Origin: an uncultured Candidatus Saccharibacteria bacterium | Lineage (GTDB): Bacteria > Patescibacteriota > Minisyncoccia > Phycocordibacterales > Phycocordibacteraceae | Direction: 5' to 3' | Length of the DNA: 64,000 nucleotides | NCBI GenBank assembly: GCA_964391975.1 | Contig: CAYMNZ010000001.1 | Coordinates: 262,978-326,977, forward strand | Shown here: in pieces, positions 1-10,023 of the stretch | Layout: every line of letters begins with the position of its first letter | How positions within the stretch are numbered: the stretch's first letter is position 1 | Made by a program: the position numbers and the translations under genes | Notes under the pieces: generated by a model | Database searches by the model: none | What the model was told of the DNA's origin: nothing | What the model saw: the letters and a program-made list of their open reading frames with translations, nothing else

Positions 1-832
1 CGAAGAGGTGCAGAGCCAACACGGTCAACTCGCCATTATTGACGAGGAGGGAGTTACCTTTACCTCTCATCACGACGGCTCTCTCCATCGTTTTACTCCA
101 GAGCGTTCGGTAGAAATTCAGCATGCCCTCGGCGCCGATATGTTCTTTGCCTTTGATGAGTGCACCTCCCCTACAGCAGATTTTGAGTATCAAAAAGATG
201 CCATGTACCGGACGCATCGCTGGGCCGATCGCTCACTTAAGGCCCATCGGCAGAATCTTGCAGCGAACCGCACGCAAGGAATCTTTGGAATAGTGCAGGG
301 GGGTCGTTACGAAGATTTGCGAAAGGAAAGTGCTCGAGAGATTGCAGGCATGAACTTTGATGGTTTCGGCATAGGTGGTTCTTTCAGTAAGGAAGATATG
401 GGCAGCGCGCTTCAGGCCGCCATACCTGAACTTCCAGAAGAGAAGCCGCGGCACTTCCTTGGTATAGGAGAGCCGGGCGATTTGCTTACAGGCATAGCAG
501 AGGGGTTGGACCTCTTTGATTGCGTTGCTGCAACCCGTATTGGGCGCCATGGCTCTATCTACACGCGTCGTGGCATCAGGCATCTGCGAAACGGCGAATT
601 CAAGAATGATTTGAGTCTGTTGGATCCCGAGACCATTATTCCTGGAACGGAAGGCTTTACGCGTGCGTACGTCTCACACCTTTGCCGTTCGGGTGAGATG
701 CTAGGGTCGGTTATAGCTTCCATGCATAATCTTGGGTTCGTGCTCTCGCTCGTGGATGGCGCGCGCGATGCGCTTCTTCATGGTACGTTCGATGCATATA
801 GGGCAGACTTCATGCGCGACTACTATGCCTAA
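1..832 (+). CDS. tgt: queuine tRNA-ribosyltransferase (5' partial; open frame reaches the window edge)
   Basis: Translation matches TGT core (FAFDECT, zinc-binding region). No start inside the window. Confidence 0.9.
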   Translation, partial: EEVQSQHGQLAIIDEEGVTFTSHHDGSLHRFTPERSVEIQHALGADMFFAFDECTSPTADFEYQKDAMYRTHRWADRSLKAHRQNLAANRTQGIFGIVQGGRYEDLRKESAREIAGMNFDGFGIGGSFSKEDMGSALQAAIPELPEEKPRHFLGIGEPGDLLTGIAEGLDLFDCVAATRIGRHGSIYTRRGIRHLRNGEFKNDLSLLDPETIIPGTEGFTRAYVSHLCRSGEMLGSVIASMHNLGFVLSLVDGARDALLHGTFDAYRADFMRDYYA

Positions 833-2900
833 CTTCAAGCTTCACACGCCCTTTCCTCCAGCAGGCGATCAGCCTCGTGCAATTGAGGTGCTCTCCAAAG
901 GCCTTAAGGATGGTTTACGCCACCAGACACTTCTTGGTGCTACCGGAACAGGAAAGACGTTCACGGTGGCGAATGTTATTTCTAACGTTGACAAGCCAAC
1001 CTTGGTGCTGGCTCACAACAAGACGCTTGCCGCTCAGCTTGCTCAAGAGTATCGGGAGTTCTTCCCAGAGAACGCGGTCCATTACTTCGTCTCCTACTAC
1101 GATTACTACCAGCCTGAGGCATATATCGCGCATTCCGATACGTATATCGAGAAAGAGGCGCAGATTAACGCAGAAATTGACCGTTTGCGCCACGCTGCTA
1201 CACAGGCTCTGCTTACTCGCAAGGACGTGATTATTGTTGCTTCGGTGTCTGCTATTTATGGTCTTGGGTCTCCAGAGCAGTATGAGAAGGTGCATGTGAA
1301 GCTAGTGGTGGGAGAAGAAGAGAACCGGGCTGCACTTATTCGAAAGATGGTGGGCATTTACTTCGAGCGCACCAATGCTGACCTCGAGCCCGGGCAACTG
1401 CGAGCAGTGGGGAACGCAGTGGAGCTTATGCCGGTTAACGAGCGGGCTATCTATCGCATTACGTTTGATGGGGCAGTCATTGCTCGCATTGAGCACCTCG
1501 ACCCCGTTTCGCGCGCCAAAATAGGGGAGCCAACTTCCCTATTTGTCTTCCCTGCTAAGCACTTCGTTACCAATGAGGAGGAGCGTAATCGAGCAATTGA
1601 GGACATTAAACGGGAGCTGGATGAACAGCTCGAGAAGTTCAAACGGGAAGAGAAGCCGCTTGAGCATGAGCGTTTGAAGCGTCGGACGCTGCATGATATT
1701 GCGCTTATTCGAGAGCTTGGATACACCAGCGGTATTGAGAACTACTCACGACACTTCGATGGTCGTGCACCAGGGGAGCCGCCACATACACTACTTTCGT
1801 ACTTCCCACACAAAAAGGATGGTACGGCTGACTTCCTTACCATCATTGATGAGTCGCACGTAACGGTGCCGCAGATTGGCGGCATGTATGCAGGGGACCG
1901 TTCTCGCAAGGACAACTTGGTTGAATACGGATTCCGACTTCCCTCCGCTCGCGATAACCGCCCACTTCGTTTCGAAGAGTTTGAAGAGCGCATTGGGCAG
2001 GTGATATATACCTCTGCGACTCCAAGCACCTACGAGCGTGAGCACTCAGTCCCTCCTGCGGGCCAGATTACCGAGCAGATTATTCGTCCAACAGGACTTA
2101 TTGACCCAGAGCTTGTGGTGCGCCCCATCGTTGAAAGCGGAGACTACAAGGGACAGGTTGCTGATTTTATAGATGAGGCCGATGTTGTCATCAAGCGTGG
2201 TGGCAGGGCAATTGCGACCACTCTTACCAAGCAGATGGCAGAGGACCTTGCTGAATTCCTTCGAGAGCGGGGAATTAAGGCCGAGTATCTTCATAGTGAT
2301 GTGAAGACCATCGACCGCATTGAGATTCTGACTGAATTCCGCAGAGGCAAGTTCGACATCCTTGTTGGAGTGAACCTGCTTCGCGAGGGACTCGACCTTC
2401 CTGAGGTAGAGATGGTGGGAATTCTCGATGCAGATAAGGAGGGTTTTCTCCGTTCAGAAACTTCCCTTATCCAAACGATTGGCCGCGCTGCCCGTAACGT
2501 GCTCGGCAAGGTGTTCCTCTATGCCGATGTCATGACGGGCTCGATGGAACGCGCCATCGGAGAAACCAACCGCAGGCGCGCAGTTCAACAGGCCTATAAC
2601 GAGAAGCACGGCATTACTCCTGAGACCATCAAGAAGGAGATTCACGATATCGCAGCTTCCATGCGCACCGAGCACCAGAAGACCGTGCATGAGATGCTTG
2701 CGCTCGATCAGAAGCTCTATAAGGAGGACCCAAAGTCCTTTATTGCCTCCAAACGCCAAGAAATGGCAGATGCGGTGGAGACGCTCGACTTTGAGACCGC
2801 TGCCATTATCCGGGATGAAATTTACGCGCTTGAAGGGAAGTCAGACCCAAAAGAGCGGGGAAAGAAGGGCAGGAAGCGTAAGCCTCTTTCGGGGGCGTAA
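825..2900 (+). CDS. uvrB: excinuclease ABC subunit B
   Basis: Walker A (GATGTGKT), helicase motifs and C-terminal UVR domain. Start moved to ATG 825 (MPNFKLHTPFPP), overlapping the tgt stop by 8 nt. Confidence 0.93.
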   Translation: MPNFKLHTPFPPAGDQPRAIEVLSKGLKDGLRHQTLLGATGTGKTFTVANVISNVDKPTLVLAHNKTLAAQLAQEYREFFPENAVHYFVSYYDYYQPEAYIAHSDTYIEKEAQINAEIDRLRHAATQALLTRKDVIIVASVSAIYGLGSPEQYEKVHVKLVVGEEENRAALIRKMVGIYFERTNADLEPGQLRAVGNAVELMPVNERAIYRITFDGAVIARIEHLDPVSRAKIGEPTSLFVFPAKHFVTNEEERNRAIEDIKRELDEQLEKFKREEKPLEHERLKRRTLHDIALIRELGYTSGIENYSRHFDGRAPGEPPHTLLSYFPHKKDGTADFLTIIDESHVTVPQIGGMYAGDRSRKDNLVEYGFRLPSARDNRPLRFEEFEERIGQVIYTSATPSTYEREHSVPPAGQITEQIIRPTGLIDPELVVRPIVESGDYKGQVADFIDEADVVIKRGGRAIATTLTKQMAEDLAEFLRERGIKAEYLHSDVKTIDRIEILTEFRRGKFDILVGVNLLREGLDLPEVEMVGILDADKEGFLRSETSLIQTIGRAARNVLGKVFLYADVMTGSMERAIGETNRRRAVQQAYNEKHGITPETIKKEIHDIAASMRTEHQKTVHEMLALDQKLYKEDPKSFIASKRQEMADAVETLDFETAAIIRDEIYALEGKSDPKERGKKGRKRKPLSGA

Positions 2901-2960
2901 CTTCCCTCTCTCAGCCTTGGTTTCCATAGACAAATCAGGTCCAATTGCTATCTTTTACCT

Positions 2961-3554
2961 ATGCACGAACTACCGCCTCCTCTCTACGTTTCCCATGAGA
3001 TTGGCACCGTAACCGCAAAGGACGGAAGAACGTTCAATGCGGTCATGGGGCTTCCCAAAGAACTGGTAGAACAGCTTAAGGAGCGCTCTCTGGACCTCTC
3101 GGACACCGAACTCCAGGAAAATAGCTCCGACTACAAACGCTTTGGCGAAGGTTCCTACGAGGAGTGGTATGCAAAGGAGCGTACGACCTTTGCCCTTGTG
3201 GACCCAGCAAACGGGAAGCTGGCGGCAGTTGGGTGGCTCGGACCTAAGCCTCTTGGTCGTGATTCTGCTAAACATCTTTCAGAAGATGAACAGAGAGTTG
3301 ATGAACGAGCTCTTGCAAGCGGTGATTGGCACACTATTTCTTTCCGCTCCTATGGCGAGTACCGTGGGGTCGGGCTCATGAAAGAATTCTCGAAACTCGT
3401 TCTTGATGCATACAAAAAGGGATACCCGAACGCAAAGATTTGGAGTATTACAGATCGAACCAACAAAGGGAGTACGAAACTCTCTGAATCTATGGGACTT
3501 ATTGAGCATCCTGAGTCGACAGATACTCGTATAGTGATGGCAGAACCCGAATAG
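2961..3554 (+). CDS. hypothetical protein, possible GNAT-fold acetyltransferase
   Basis: YRGVGLMKEFSKLVLDAY resembles GNAT motif A (R-x-x-G-x-G). Otherwise no recognisable family. Confidence 0.4.
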   Translation: MHELPPPLYVSHEIGTVTAKDGRTFNAVMGLPKELVEQLKERSLDLSDTELQENSSDYKRFGEGSYEEWYAKERTTFALVDPANGKLAAVGWLGPKPLGRDSAKHLSEDEQRVDERALASGDWHTISFRSYGEYRGVGLMKEFSKLVLDAYKKGYPNAKIWSITDRTNKGSTKLSESMGLIEHPESTDTRIVMAEPE

Positions 3555-3555
3555 C

Positions 3556-4701
3556 ATGTCACGAGTGAAGCTCACAGAATACCGGGCAAAGTCCCTCATA
3601 CTTGGTGGCGAGTACACTGGCGTCTCGCTATCCTCTTCGAGTGATACGGTCCCTGAAGGAGCATGGGTGGTGAAAGTGGACCAGGGAATTAAAAAGCGCA
3701 TGAAGCAGGGCTTGGTGAAAGTGAATATTTCTTCCAAGGAGATTGGCCCGGCAATTGCTGAGTGGGAGAAGAAAGGATTTTCAAACTTTATTGCAGAGCC
3801 ACTGCTCCCACACGAAGCTTCCGAGGAACAGTATCTCTCACTTGAAAGGGTGCGTGAGGGCATTCGTCTGCTCCATGCGAAGGAAGGCGGCATTGAGATA
3901 GAGGAACATCCAGAGAAGGTAAGGAGCTTCATTCTCACGGAAAGTGTTGCTGGCACGGCAAAGGAGACAGGCGTACCGGAAGAGTTCCTTACTTCGCTTG
4001 TTGATACTTTTGAGAAGAATCATTTCGCGTTTCTCGAGATAAACCCTCTTGTCATCAAAGACGGGAAGGTGCATCTGCTTGATGCGGCGGTGTTGGTTGA
4101 CAGTGCTGCGGAGTTTTTTGTTAAAGGTGCCTGGACTGAAACAGATATTGTCGAAGGGAAGGCGAAACATCAGGCCGAAGAGAATGTGGCTGCACTTCAG
4201 AAGACGACCCCTGCCTCCCTCAAGCTCTCTGTGTTGAATGAGGAGGGTTCCCTCTTCTTTTTGCTTTCCGGCGGCGGAGGCTCAATTGTCATTGCTGACG
4301 AAGCGGCACTCCTTGGGCAGGGAGATGCCATTGGTAACTATGGAGAATACAGCGGTGGTCCGACGCGAGAGGAGACCTATCTCTACACTAAGGAGGTACT
4401 TTCGCTGTTGCTGGCATCTAAGGCTCCTAAGAAGGCGCTCGTAATTGCCGGAGGAGTAGCGAACTTTACTGACGTTGCCAAAACCTTTGCTGGTATTCGT
4501 GACGCGCTGGCAGAAGTGTCTGGAGAAATGAAGAAAGCACGTATCAAGGTATTTATACGCCGCGGCGGCCCGAACGAAGCTAAGGGACTTGCTGACATGA
4601 AAATATTCCTCGACCAGGAAGGTCTTCTGGGGGCTATTCATGGCTCGAGCGCGGTCATCACCAGTGCGGTTGATGACGCCGTTACGTTCATACAAGCATG
4701 A
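3556..4701 (+). CDS. ATP-grasp subunit of an ATP-citrate lyase / citryl-CoA synthetase-like enzyme (SucC/AclB family)
   Basis: N-terminus LTEYRAKSL..WVVKVDQG..VKV and an EINPLVI motif parallel succinyl-CoA synthetase beta. Translationally coupled to the next gene. Confidence 0.55.
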   Translation: MSRVKLTEYRAKSLILGGEYTGVSLSSSSDTVPEGAWVVKVDQGIKKRMKQGLVKVNISSKEIGPAIAEWEKKGFSNFIAEPLLPHEASEEQYLSLERVREGIRLLHAKEGGIEIEEHPEKVRSFILTESVAGTAKETGVPEEFLTSLVDTFEKNHFAFLEINPLVIKDGKVHLLDAAVLVDSAAEFFVKGAWTETDIVEGKAKHQAEENVAALQKTTPASLKLSVLNEEGSLFFLLSGGGGSIVIADEAALLGQGDAIGNYGEYSGGPTREETYLYTKEVLSLLLASKAPKKALVIAGGVANFTDVAKTFAGIRDALAEVSGEMKKARIKVFIRRGGPNEAKGLADMKIFLDQEGLLGAIHGSSAVITSAVDDAVTFIQA

Positions 4702-6473
4702 CCATTCTCGACACCATTAGGGGCGGGGAACGGGGAATTGTTATCGCAGGTAACCACCCTGCCATCGTGCAGTCCATGCTCGATTTCGATTACCTCTCTG
4801 GCAAGGAGCGTTCGATTATCGGTATTGTGACCGGGGCTCGAAAGGCGCAGAAGTATTTCTGGGGAAAGGAAGAGATCCTTGTTCCCTGTTATAAGGATTT
4901 TACATCGGTTCCTGAGAAGGACCGTGTTCGCTTCCTTTTGAACCTTCAATCAGGGCGCCGTGCTTTTGACGTCACCGTTTCTTTCTTTGAGACGTTCCCC
5001 GAGGCTTTGGGCGCTCATCTCTTTGCAGAGAACGTACCAGAAGCGCACGCCATTGAACTTATCCGCCGTTTTGGTGGGAAGAAACTCATTGCAGGACCTT
5101 CAGGTGTGGGCATGTTGGTCCCGGGGCACCTAAAGCTCGGAGCCATAGGAGGAGTCGATATTCCACAGATTATGGCCAGCAAGCTCACCACACCCGGCTC
5201 CATAACTGTTGTGGCTACCTCAGGAGGTATGACGAGTGAGCTCATTCGCGCAGTGACATCTGCAGGGAAGCGACTTTCCTTCTCCTTATGTATTGGAGGC
5301 GATAGGTTTCCGGTCTCATCGCTTGGGGATGTGCTCGCGCTTGCAGAGGCGGATGCGCAGACGAAGGGAATCGTGTACTTCGGCGAGCTTGGCGGGGTGG
5401 ATGAATACGAGATAGTCGAATTGATAAAGGCGAAGAAGCTTACCAAGCCAGTGGTCGCCTACATCGCAGGTATCGTCGACGAGGCGTTCGATGAGCACAT
5501 GCAGTTTGGGCACGCTAAGGCGCTGGTTGCCCACAAGGATGAAAGTGCACGGGCAAAGCGAGAAGCTTTGAGGGAAGTTGGTGTCATTGCACCGGATACC
5601 TTCCCAGAGTTCTTGGAGGCTATGAAGAGTCTCCCTGAGGGGGAATTTAGTGATACCATCATCGATACACAAACGCTTATGGACCGACAGAAAAGTATTC
5701 TTTCAACAAGGGAAGTCATGGACCTCGAGGAGGCACCGACCTTTGTTTCAAACGGACAGTTGGTTAAGAACGACAGGACCTTTGCGTCGTCGGCTCTTGC
5801 TGCGCTTCTTGGTGCTCCTGCCAAGTCCCCTGTTACCAACGCGTATGCGGAGGCCATCTTCACGCTCCTCATCGACCACGGAGGCCATGTCTCAGGTGCC
5901 GTGAACACCATGGTAACTGCGCGCGCAGGAAAGGATCTCGTTTCTTCGCTCACCTCCGGATTGCTTACCATTGGTCCTCGTTTTGGAGGGGCTATTAATG
6001 AGGCTGCGCGTACTTGGAGGGCGGGTGTTGCATCAGGGCAGAACGCAGCTGACTTCGTTGAGGCTTCGACCAAGGGAGGAAAGGTTATCTCTGGTATTGG
6101 GCACCGCAAGTACCGTGTGGGGCTCCCGGACCCTCGTGTAGCAGCGCTTTCAACCTTTGCAGAGCTCTTGAAGTCCCACCCACATTACGACCTTGCCCGC
6201 GAGGTAGAGAAGGTAACGACTGGTAAGAATGGCTCTCTCATCCTTAACGTCGACGGCGTTATTGCTTCCCTGATGCTCGACATTCTTGCTGAGTGCGAAG
6301 GGTACGACGATAAGCAGATTCAGGAGCTTATTGATGCTGAGTTCTTCAATGCGCTCTTCGTCATACCGCGCTCCGTAGGCTTCATCGCGCACTTCATGGA
6401 ACAGAAGGAGAATGACGAGGGGTTGTTCAGGCTCCCAGACGAGCTTTTGTTCGAACGCAAACAGGGAGAGTAG
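4698..6473 (+). CDS. CoA-ligase plus citrate-synthase-like subunit (AclA-like ATP-citrate lyase alpha)
   Basis: N-terminal CoA-binding fold, a GHAKA-like phospho-His region and a C-terminal citrate synthase signature GHRKYRVGLPDPR. A 591 aa length fits AclA. Confidence 0.55.
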   Translation: MTILDTIRGGERGIVIAGNHPAIVQSMLDFDYLSGKERSIIGIVTGARKAQKYFWGKEEILVPCYKDFTSVPEKDRVRFLLNLQSGRRAFDVTVSFFETFPEALGAHLFAENVPEAHAIELIRRFGGKKLIAGPSGVGMLVPGHLKLGAIGGVDIPQIMASKLTTPGSITVVATSGGMTSELIRAVTSAGKRLSFSLCIGGDRFPVSSLGDVLALAEADAQTKGIVYFGELGGVDEYEIVELIKAKKLTKPVVAYIAGIVDEAFDEHMQFGHAKALVAHKDESARAKREALREVGVIAPDTFPEFLEAMKSLPEGEFSDTIIDTQTLMDRQKSILSTREVMDLEEAPTFVSNGQLVKNDRTFASSALAALLGAPAKSPVTNAYAEAIFTLLIDHGGHVSGAVNTMVTARAGKDLVSSLTSGLLTIGPRFGGAINEAARTWRAGVASGQNAADFVEASTKGGKVISGIGHRKYRVGLPDPRVAALSTFAELLKSHPHYDLAREVEKVTTGKNGSLILNVDGVIASLMLDILAECEGYDDKQIQELIDAEFFNALFVIPRSVGFIAHFMEQKENDEGLFRLPDELLFERKQGE

Positions 6474-6475
6474 CC

Positions 6476-7330
6476 ATGTCGACACCAGCGGAGAAAGGAA
6501 AAATCACGCGTGCGACCAACGAAGCTGACCCCACAACCTATTCCTCACTTCCTCCGGAAAAGTTCAAACACACTGACACCATCACCATCCTTGATACGCA
6601 TACGAATGAGGAGGTTGAACGTAAAGTGTATACAGACGACCGTGGGAGTCGGTATTTCGAGATAACTCATTTTCCTCGTACGCAGCTGTTCATCGCCAGA
6701 GTCCTCAAAGGCATCGTGAACGTCACAGACGTGCATATGATAAAACCGGCCCGGAAGGATCAGGAACCACTCTTCCTGTCTAAGGAATTAAGCATTGAGA
6801 AGATTGAACAGAAACCTGACGCGGATCTCCGTGCAGATCTTTATGTGCTCGGAAGCGTCTTCAGAGATGTAGATCGCAGTTTTCCAAAACCGAAGTACAG
6901 ACAGGCTAAGACGGATCTTACTGAACCACGAAAGGGAGGGAACATGCGTATGGATGACGGCCGTACATTTCAGTTTGATTTCGAGTCGCCACACTTCACG
7001 TTTTTCCCTCCTTATAAAATGATGGATGAAGAACTTGATGCGAATTTAGCGAAATTTAGTACTGAAGAGGCGACACGGACGCTTGAGAAACTTACTACAC
7101 TTGCCGAACGCGTTGCGGGCGAAGAAGGTATGGATTTCCTCCGCAGAACGAGTACGGCTGCAGGGCAGAACGCCTTTGATCTCTTCAAACCCGTCTACGG
7201 CTCGACCGTTAGCTATGAAGGCGTAGATGAAGATACCGTGCTGGAGCGCTTTGCCAACGTACTGCGCAAACGAATTAGTGAACACCAGGAAAAGCTACGG
7301 CAACGTCTTACTGAGCTCCAGGGCGCGTAA
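6476..7330 (+). CDS. hypothetical protein
   Basis: Intact 284 aa ORF with somewhat lower GC than its neighbours. No recognisable domains. Confidence 0.45.
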   Translation: MSTPAEKGKITRATNEADPTTYSSLPPEKFKHTDTITILDTHTNEEVERKVYTDDRGSRYFEITHFPRTQLFIARVLKGIVNVTDVHMIKPARKDQEPLFLSKELSIEKIEQKPDADLRADLYVLGSVFRDVDRSFPKPKYRQAKTDLTEPRKGGNMRMDDGRTFQFDFESPHFTFFPPYKMMDEELDANLAKFSTEEATRTLEKLTTLAERVAGEEGMDFLRRTSTAAGQNAFDLFKPVYGSTVSYEGVDEDTVLERFANVLRKRISEHQEKLRQRLTELQGA

Positions 7331-7357
7331 GGTCGTTATGTTATACTGCACCCCGTA

Positions 7358-7385
7358 CCTGTCCCGCCACGGACAGGGCTTTCTG
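7358..7385 (+). terminator. putative intrinsic terminator
   Basis: 7 bp stem CCTGTCC/GGACAGG with a 6 nt loop, followed by GCTTTCTG. Sits between the hypothetical and uvrA. Confidence 0.35.
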
Positions 7386-7389
7386 TAAA

Positions 7390-10023
7390 ATGACACCTAA
7401 AAAGAAGTCGCACGAGCAATATACTGGGGAAGACTGGATTAGTGTGAAGGGTGCTCGTACCCACAACCTTAAGAACCTGTCGGTGAAGATGCCGAGGGGT
7501 ACCATGACCGTGCTCACAGGCCTCTCAGGCTCTGGAAAGTCCTCCTTGGCCTTCGACACTATCTTCGCTGAAGGTCAGCGCCGCTACGTTGAATCCCTTT
7601 CTGCCTACGCACGCCAGTTCCTCAACCAGATGCAGAAGCCGGATGTCGACGAGATTACCGGTCTTTCTCCAGCTATTTCTATAGATCAGAAGAGCCGCTC
7701 CAATAACCCTCGCTCCACGGTTGCTACGGTTACTGAGATTTATGACTACCTACGCGTCCTCTATGCGCGCGCAGGCCAGCCGTACTGCGTGAATCACGAT
7801 GTGCCTATCGAGAAACTCTCCAAGGAAGAGATGCTTGGACTCATCATGAGGCGTGTTTCCGAAAAGACGGACAAGGGAAAGAAGGATGAGGTAATGGGTG
7901 TGTCGCTCGACCGCAGCACTGTCACGATTCATGCCCCAATGGTAGTAGGCCGCAAGGGTGAGTACTACCAACTCCTCTACGATCTCCTCGGCAAAGGCTA
8001 CGAGAAGGCAATTATTGACGGCAAAGTGCATTCACTCCGCGAAAAGGTGGTGCTCGATCGTAACAAGCGTCATGACATTGATGCGGTGGTGGACACCATC
8101 TTCGTCTCTGAATTCACTAAGAGCCCGGACGCTGCCCGTGAACGCCTTTCTGAAGCACTTGAGCTCGCACTCAAGGAGGCAGAAGGACTTGTAAAGATTG
8201 GACACGCAGATGGTTCTATAGAAACACTCTCTGCGAAGTTCATCTGCCCGGAGGACGGAGCATCTTTCCCAGAGGTAGAGCCACGTCTTTTCTCCTTCAA
8301 TAGTCCGTACGGAGCCTGTCCGAACTGTAACGGTCTTGGGACTGAGTCACTGTTTTCTGAGGAGATTTGTACCGTGTGTGAAGGGAAGCGTCTTCGTCCT
8401 GAAGCACTGCGCGTGTATCTTAAAGACAAGAAGGACAAGACGCTGGGTAAGAACGTGGTGGATTTCACTAACTTTTCTATACGCGAAGCTAAAGAGTTTA
8501 TGGATGGCCTTGAGCTCTCAGAGATGCGCATGGAGATTGCGTCCCCTATCATCCGCGAGATTACGAGTCGTCTCGACTTCATGCTCAACGTCGGACTCGA
8601 CTATCTGACGCTTAACCGTTCTGCCGCAACGCTCTCCGGAGGGGAAGCACAGCGCATTCGACTTGCCTCTCAGCTTGGTACCGGACTTGTAGGAGCGCTG
8701 TATGTGCTTGATGAGCCAACCATCGGCCTCCACCAGCGCGACAACGACCGTCTCATCAAAACGCTTCTCACGCTTAAGGAGCTCGGAAACACCATTCTTG
8801 TGGTTGAACACGACGAAGACACCATCTACGCTTCTGATTACATCGTCGATATAGGTCCTGGGGCAGGCGTACATGGAGGAACTGTTGTAGCGCACGGTTG
8901 GCTTGATGAACTGCTTACAGCTCCCAAGAACGACTCTGGTTCAGTCACACTTTCGTATCTTCGTGGAGAGAAAGAGATTGAAGTGCCAGAAGAGCGCAGG
9001 ACAAGCGAGAAGGGCTCTATCAAGGTTCGTGGGGCAACGCTCCATAACCTCAAGAACCTCAACGTTGATGTTCCTTTGGGCAAGCTTGTTGCAGTGACTG
9101 GTGTGTCTGGCTCAGGAAAGTCGACCTTCCTCTACGACATCCTCCACAAGAACGTCGCCAATATGATGGCGCGTCGCCAGGCGAAGCCCATGCACATCGC
9201 TTCCATTACCGGAACTGAGTATATGGGGCGCACGGTTCTCATAGACCAGTCTCCTATTGGCCGCACGCCACGCTCGAATCCTGCAACCTACACGGGAGCT
9301 TGGACGCACATCCGTGACCTGTTTGCGGCAACTCCGGAAGCCCGTGCACGTGGATGGAAGCCAGGACGCTTCTCATTTAACGTAGCCGGAGGACGCTGCG
9401 AGGCCTGCCAAGGTAACGGCATGATTGCGGTAGAGATGCACTTCCTTCCAACGGTGTATGTGACTTGTGATGTCTGTAATGGCAAACGGTTTATGAAAGA
9501 GACGCTTGAGGTGACCTATCGTGGCAAGAATATCTGGGAAATTCTTGAAATGACCGTTGAGGAAGCTGAGAAGTTCTTCAAGGAGATTCCTTCGATTAAC
9601 GACCGACTCTCTACCCTTAACTCTACCGGTCTCGAGTACCTGACGCTTGGACAGAGCGCCACGACGCTTTCCGGAGGAGAGGCACAGCGGGTGAAGATTG
9701 CTTCAGAACTCTACCGTCCTATTACCATGAAGACGCTATACCTTCTTGATGAGCCAACCGTAGGTCTCCACTACGAAGATGTGAGAAAGCTCATTGAGAT
9801 ACTTCAGGAGCTGGTTCGACGCGGTAATACGGTAGTGGTCATTGAGCACAACCTCGACCTGATCAAGTGTGCTGACCACATCATCGACTTTGGTCCTGAG
9901 GGAGGGAACGGAGGCGGAAAGGTGGTTGCCAAGGGAACTCCGGAGGATGTTGCTGGCACGGAAGGCTCACACACTGGAGACTATCTTCACAAGATGTTCC
10001 GTAAGCGTGTTAAGAAGAAGTAA
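7390..10023 (+). CDS. uvrA: excinuclease ABC subunit A
   Basis: Two ABC ATPase modules ([18 protein letters not shown]), LSGGE signatures and zinc fingers CPNCNGLG and CEACQGNG. Confidence 0.95.
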   Translation: MTPKKKSHEQYTGEDWISVKGARTHNLKNLSVKMPRGTMTVLTGLSGSGKSSLAFDTIFAEGQRRYVESLSAYARQFLNQMQKPDVDEITGLSPAISIDQKSRSNNPRSTVATVTEIYDYLRVLYARAGQPYCVNHDVPIEKLSKEEMLGLIMRRVSEKTDKGKKDEVMGVSLDRSTVTIHAPMVVGRKGEYYQLLYDLLGKGYEKAIIDGKVHSLREKVVLDRNKRHDIDAVVDTIFVSEFTKSPDAARERLSEALELALKEAEGLVKIGHADGSIETLSAKFICPEDGASFPEVEPRLFSFNSPYGACPNCNGLGTESLFSEEICTVCEGKRLRPEALRVYLKDKKDKTLGKNVVDFTNFSIREAKEFMDGLELSEMRMEIASPIIREITSRLDFMLNVGLDYLTLNRSAATLSGGEAQRIRLASQLGTGLVGALYVLDEPTIGLHQRDNDRLIKTLLTLKELGNTILVVEHDEDTIYASDYIVDIGPGAGVHGGTVVAHGWLDELLTAPKNDSGSVTLSYLRGEKEIEVPEERRTSEKGSIKVRGATLHNLKNLNVDVPLGKLVAVTGVSGSGKSTFLYDILHKNVANMMARRQAKPMHIASITGTEYMGRTVLIDQSPIGRTPRSNPATYTGAWTHIRDLFAATPEARARGWKPGRFSFNVAGGRCEACQGNGMIAVEMHFLPTVYVTCDVCNGKRFMKETLEVTYRGKNIWEILEMTVEEAEKFFKEIPSINDRLSTLNSTGLEYLTLGQSATTLSGGEAQRVKIASELYRPITMKTLYLLDEPTVGLHYEDVRKLIEILQELVRRGNTVVVIEHNLDLIKCADHIIDFGPEGGNGGGKVVAKGTPEDVAGTEGSHTGDYLHKMFRKRVKKK

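Noticed and set aside
5459-6109. 216 aa minus-strand ORF inside the AclA-like gene
   Set aside because: Antisense to a gene with clear citrate-synthase-family motifs.
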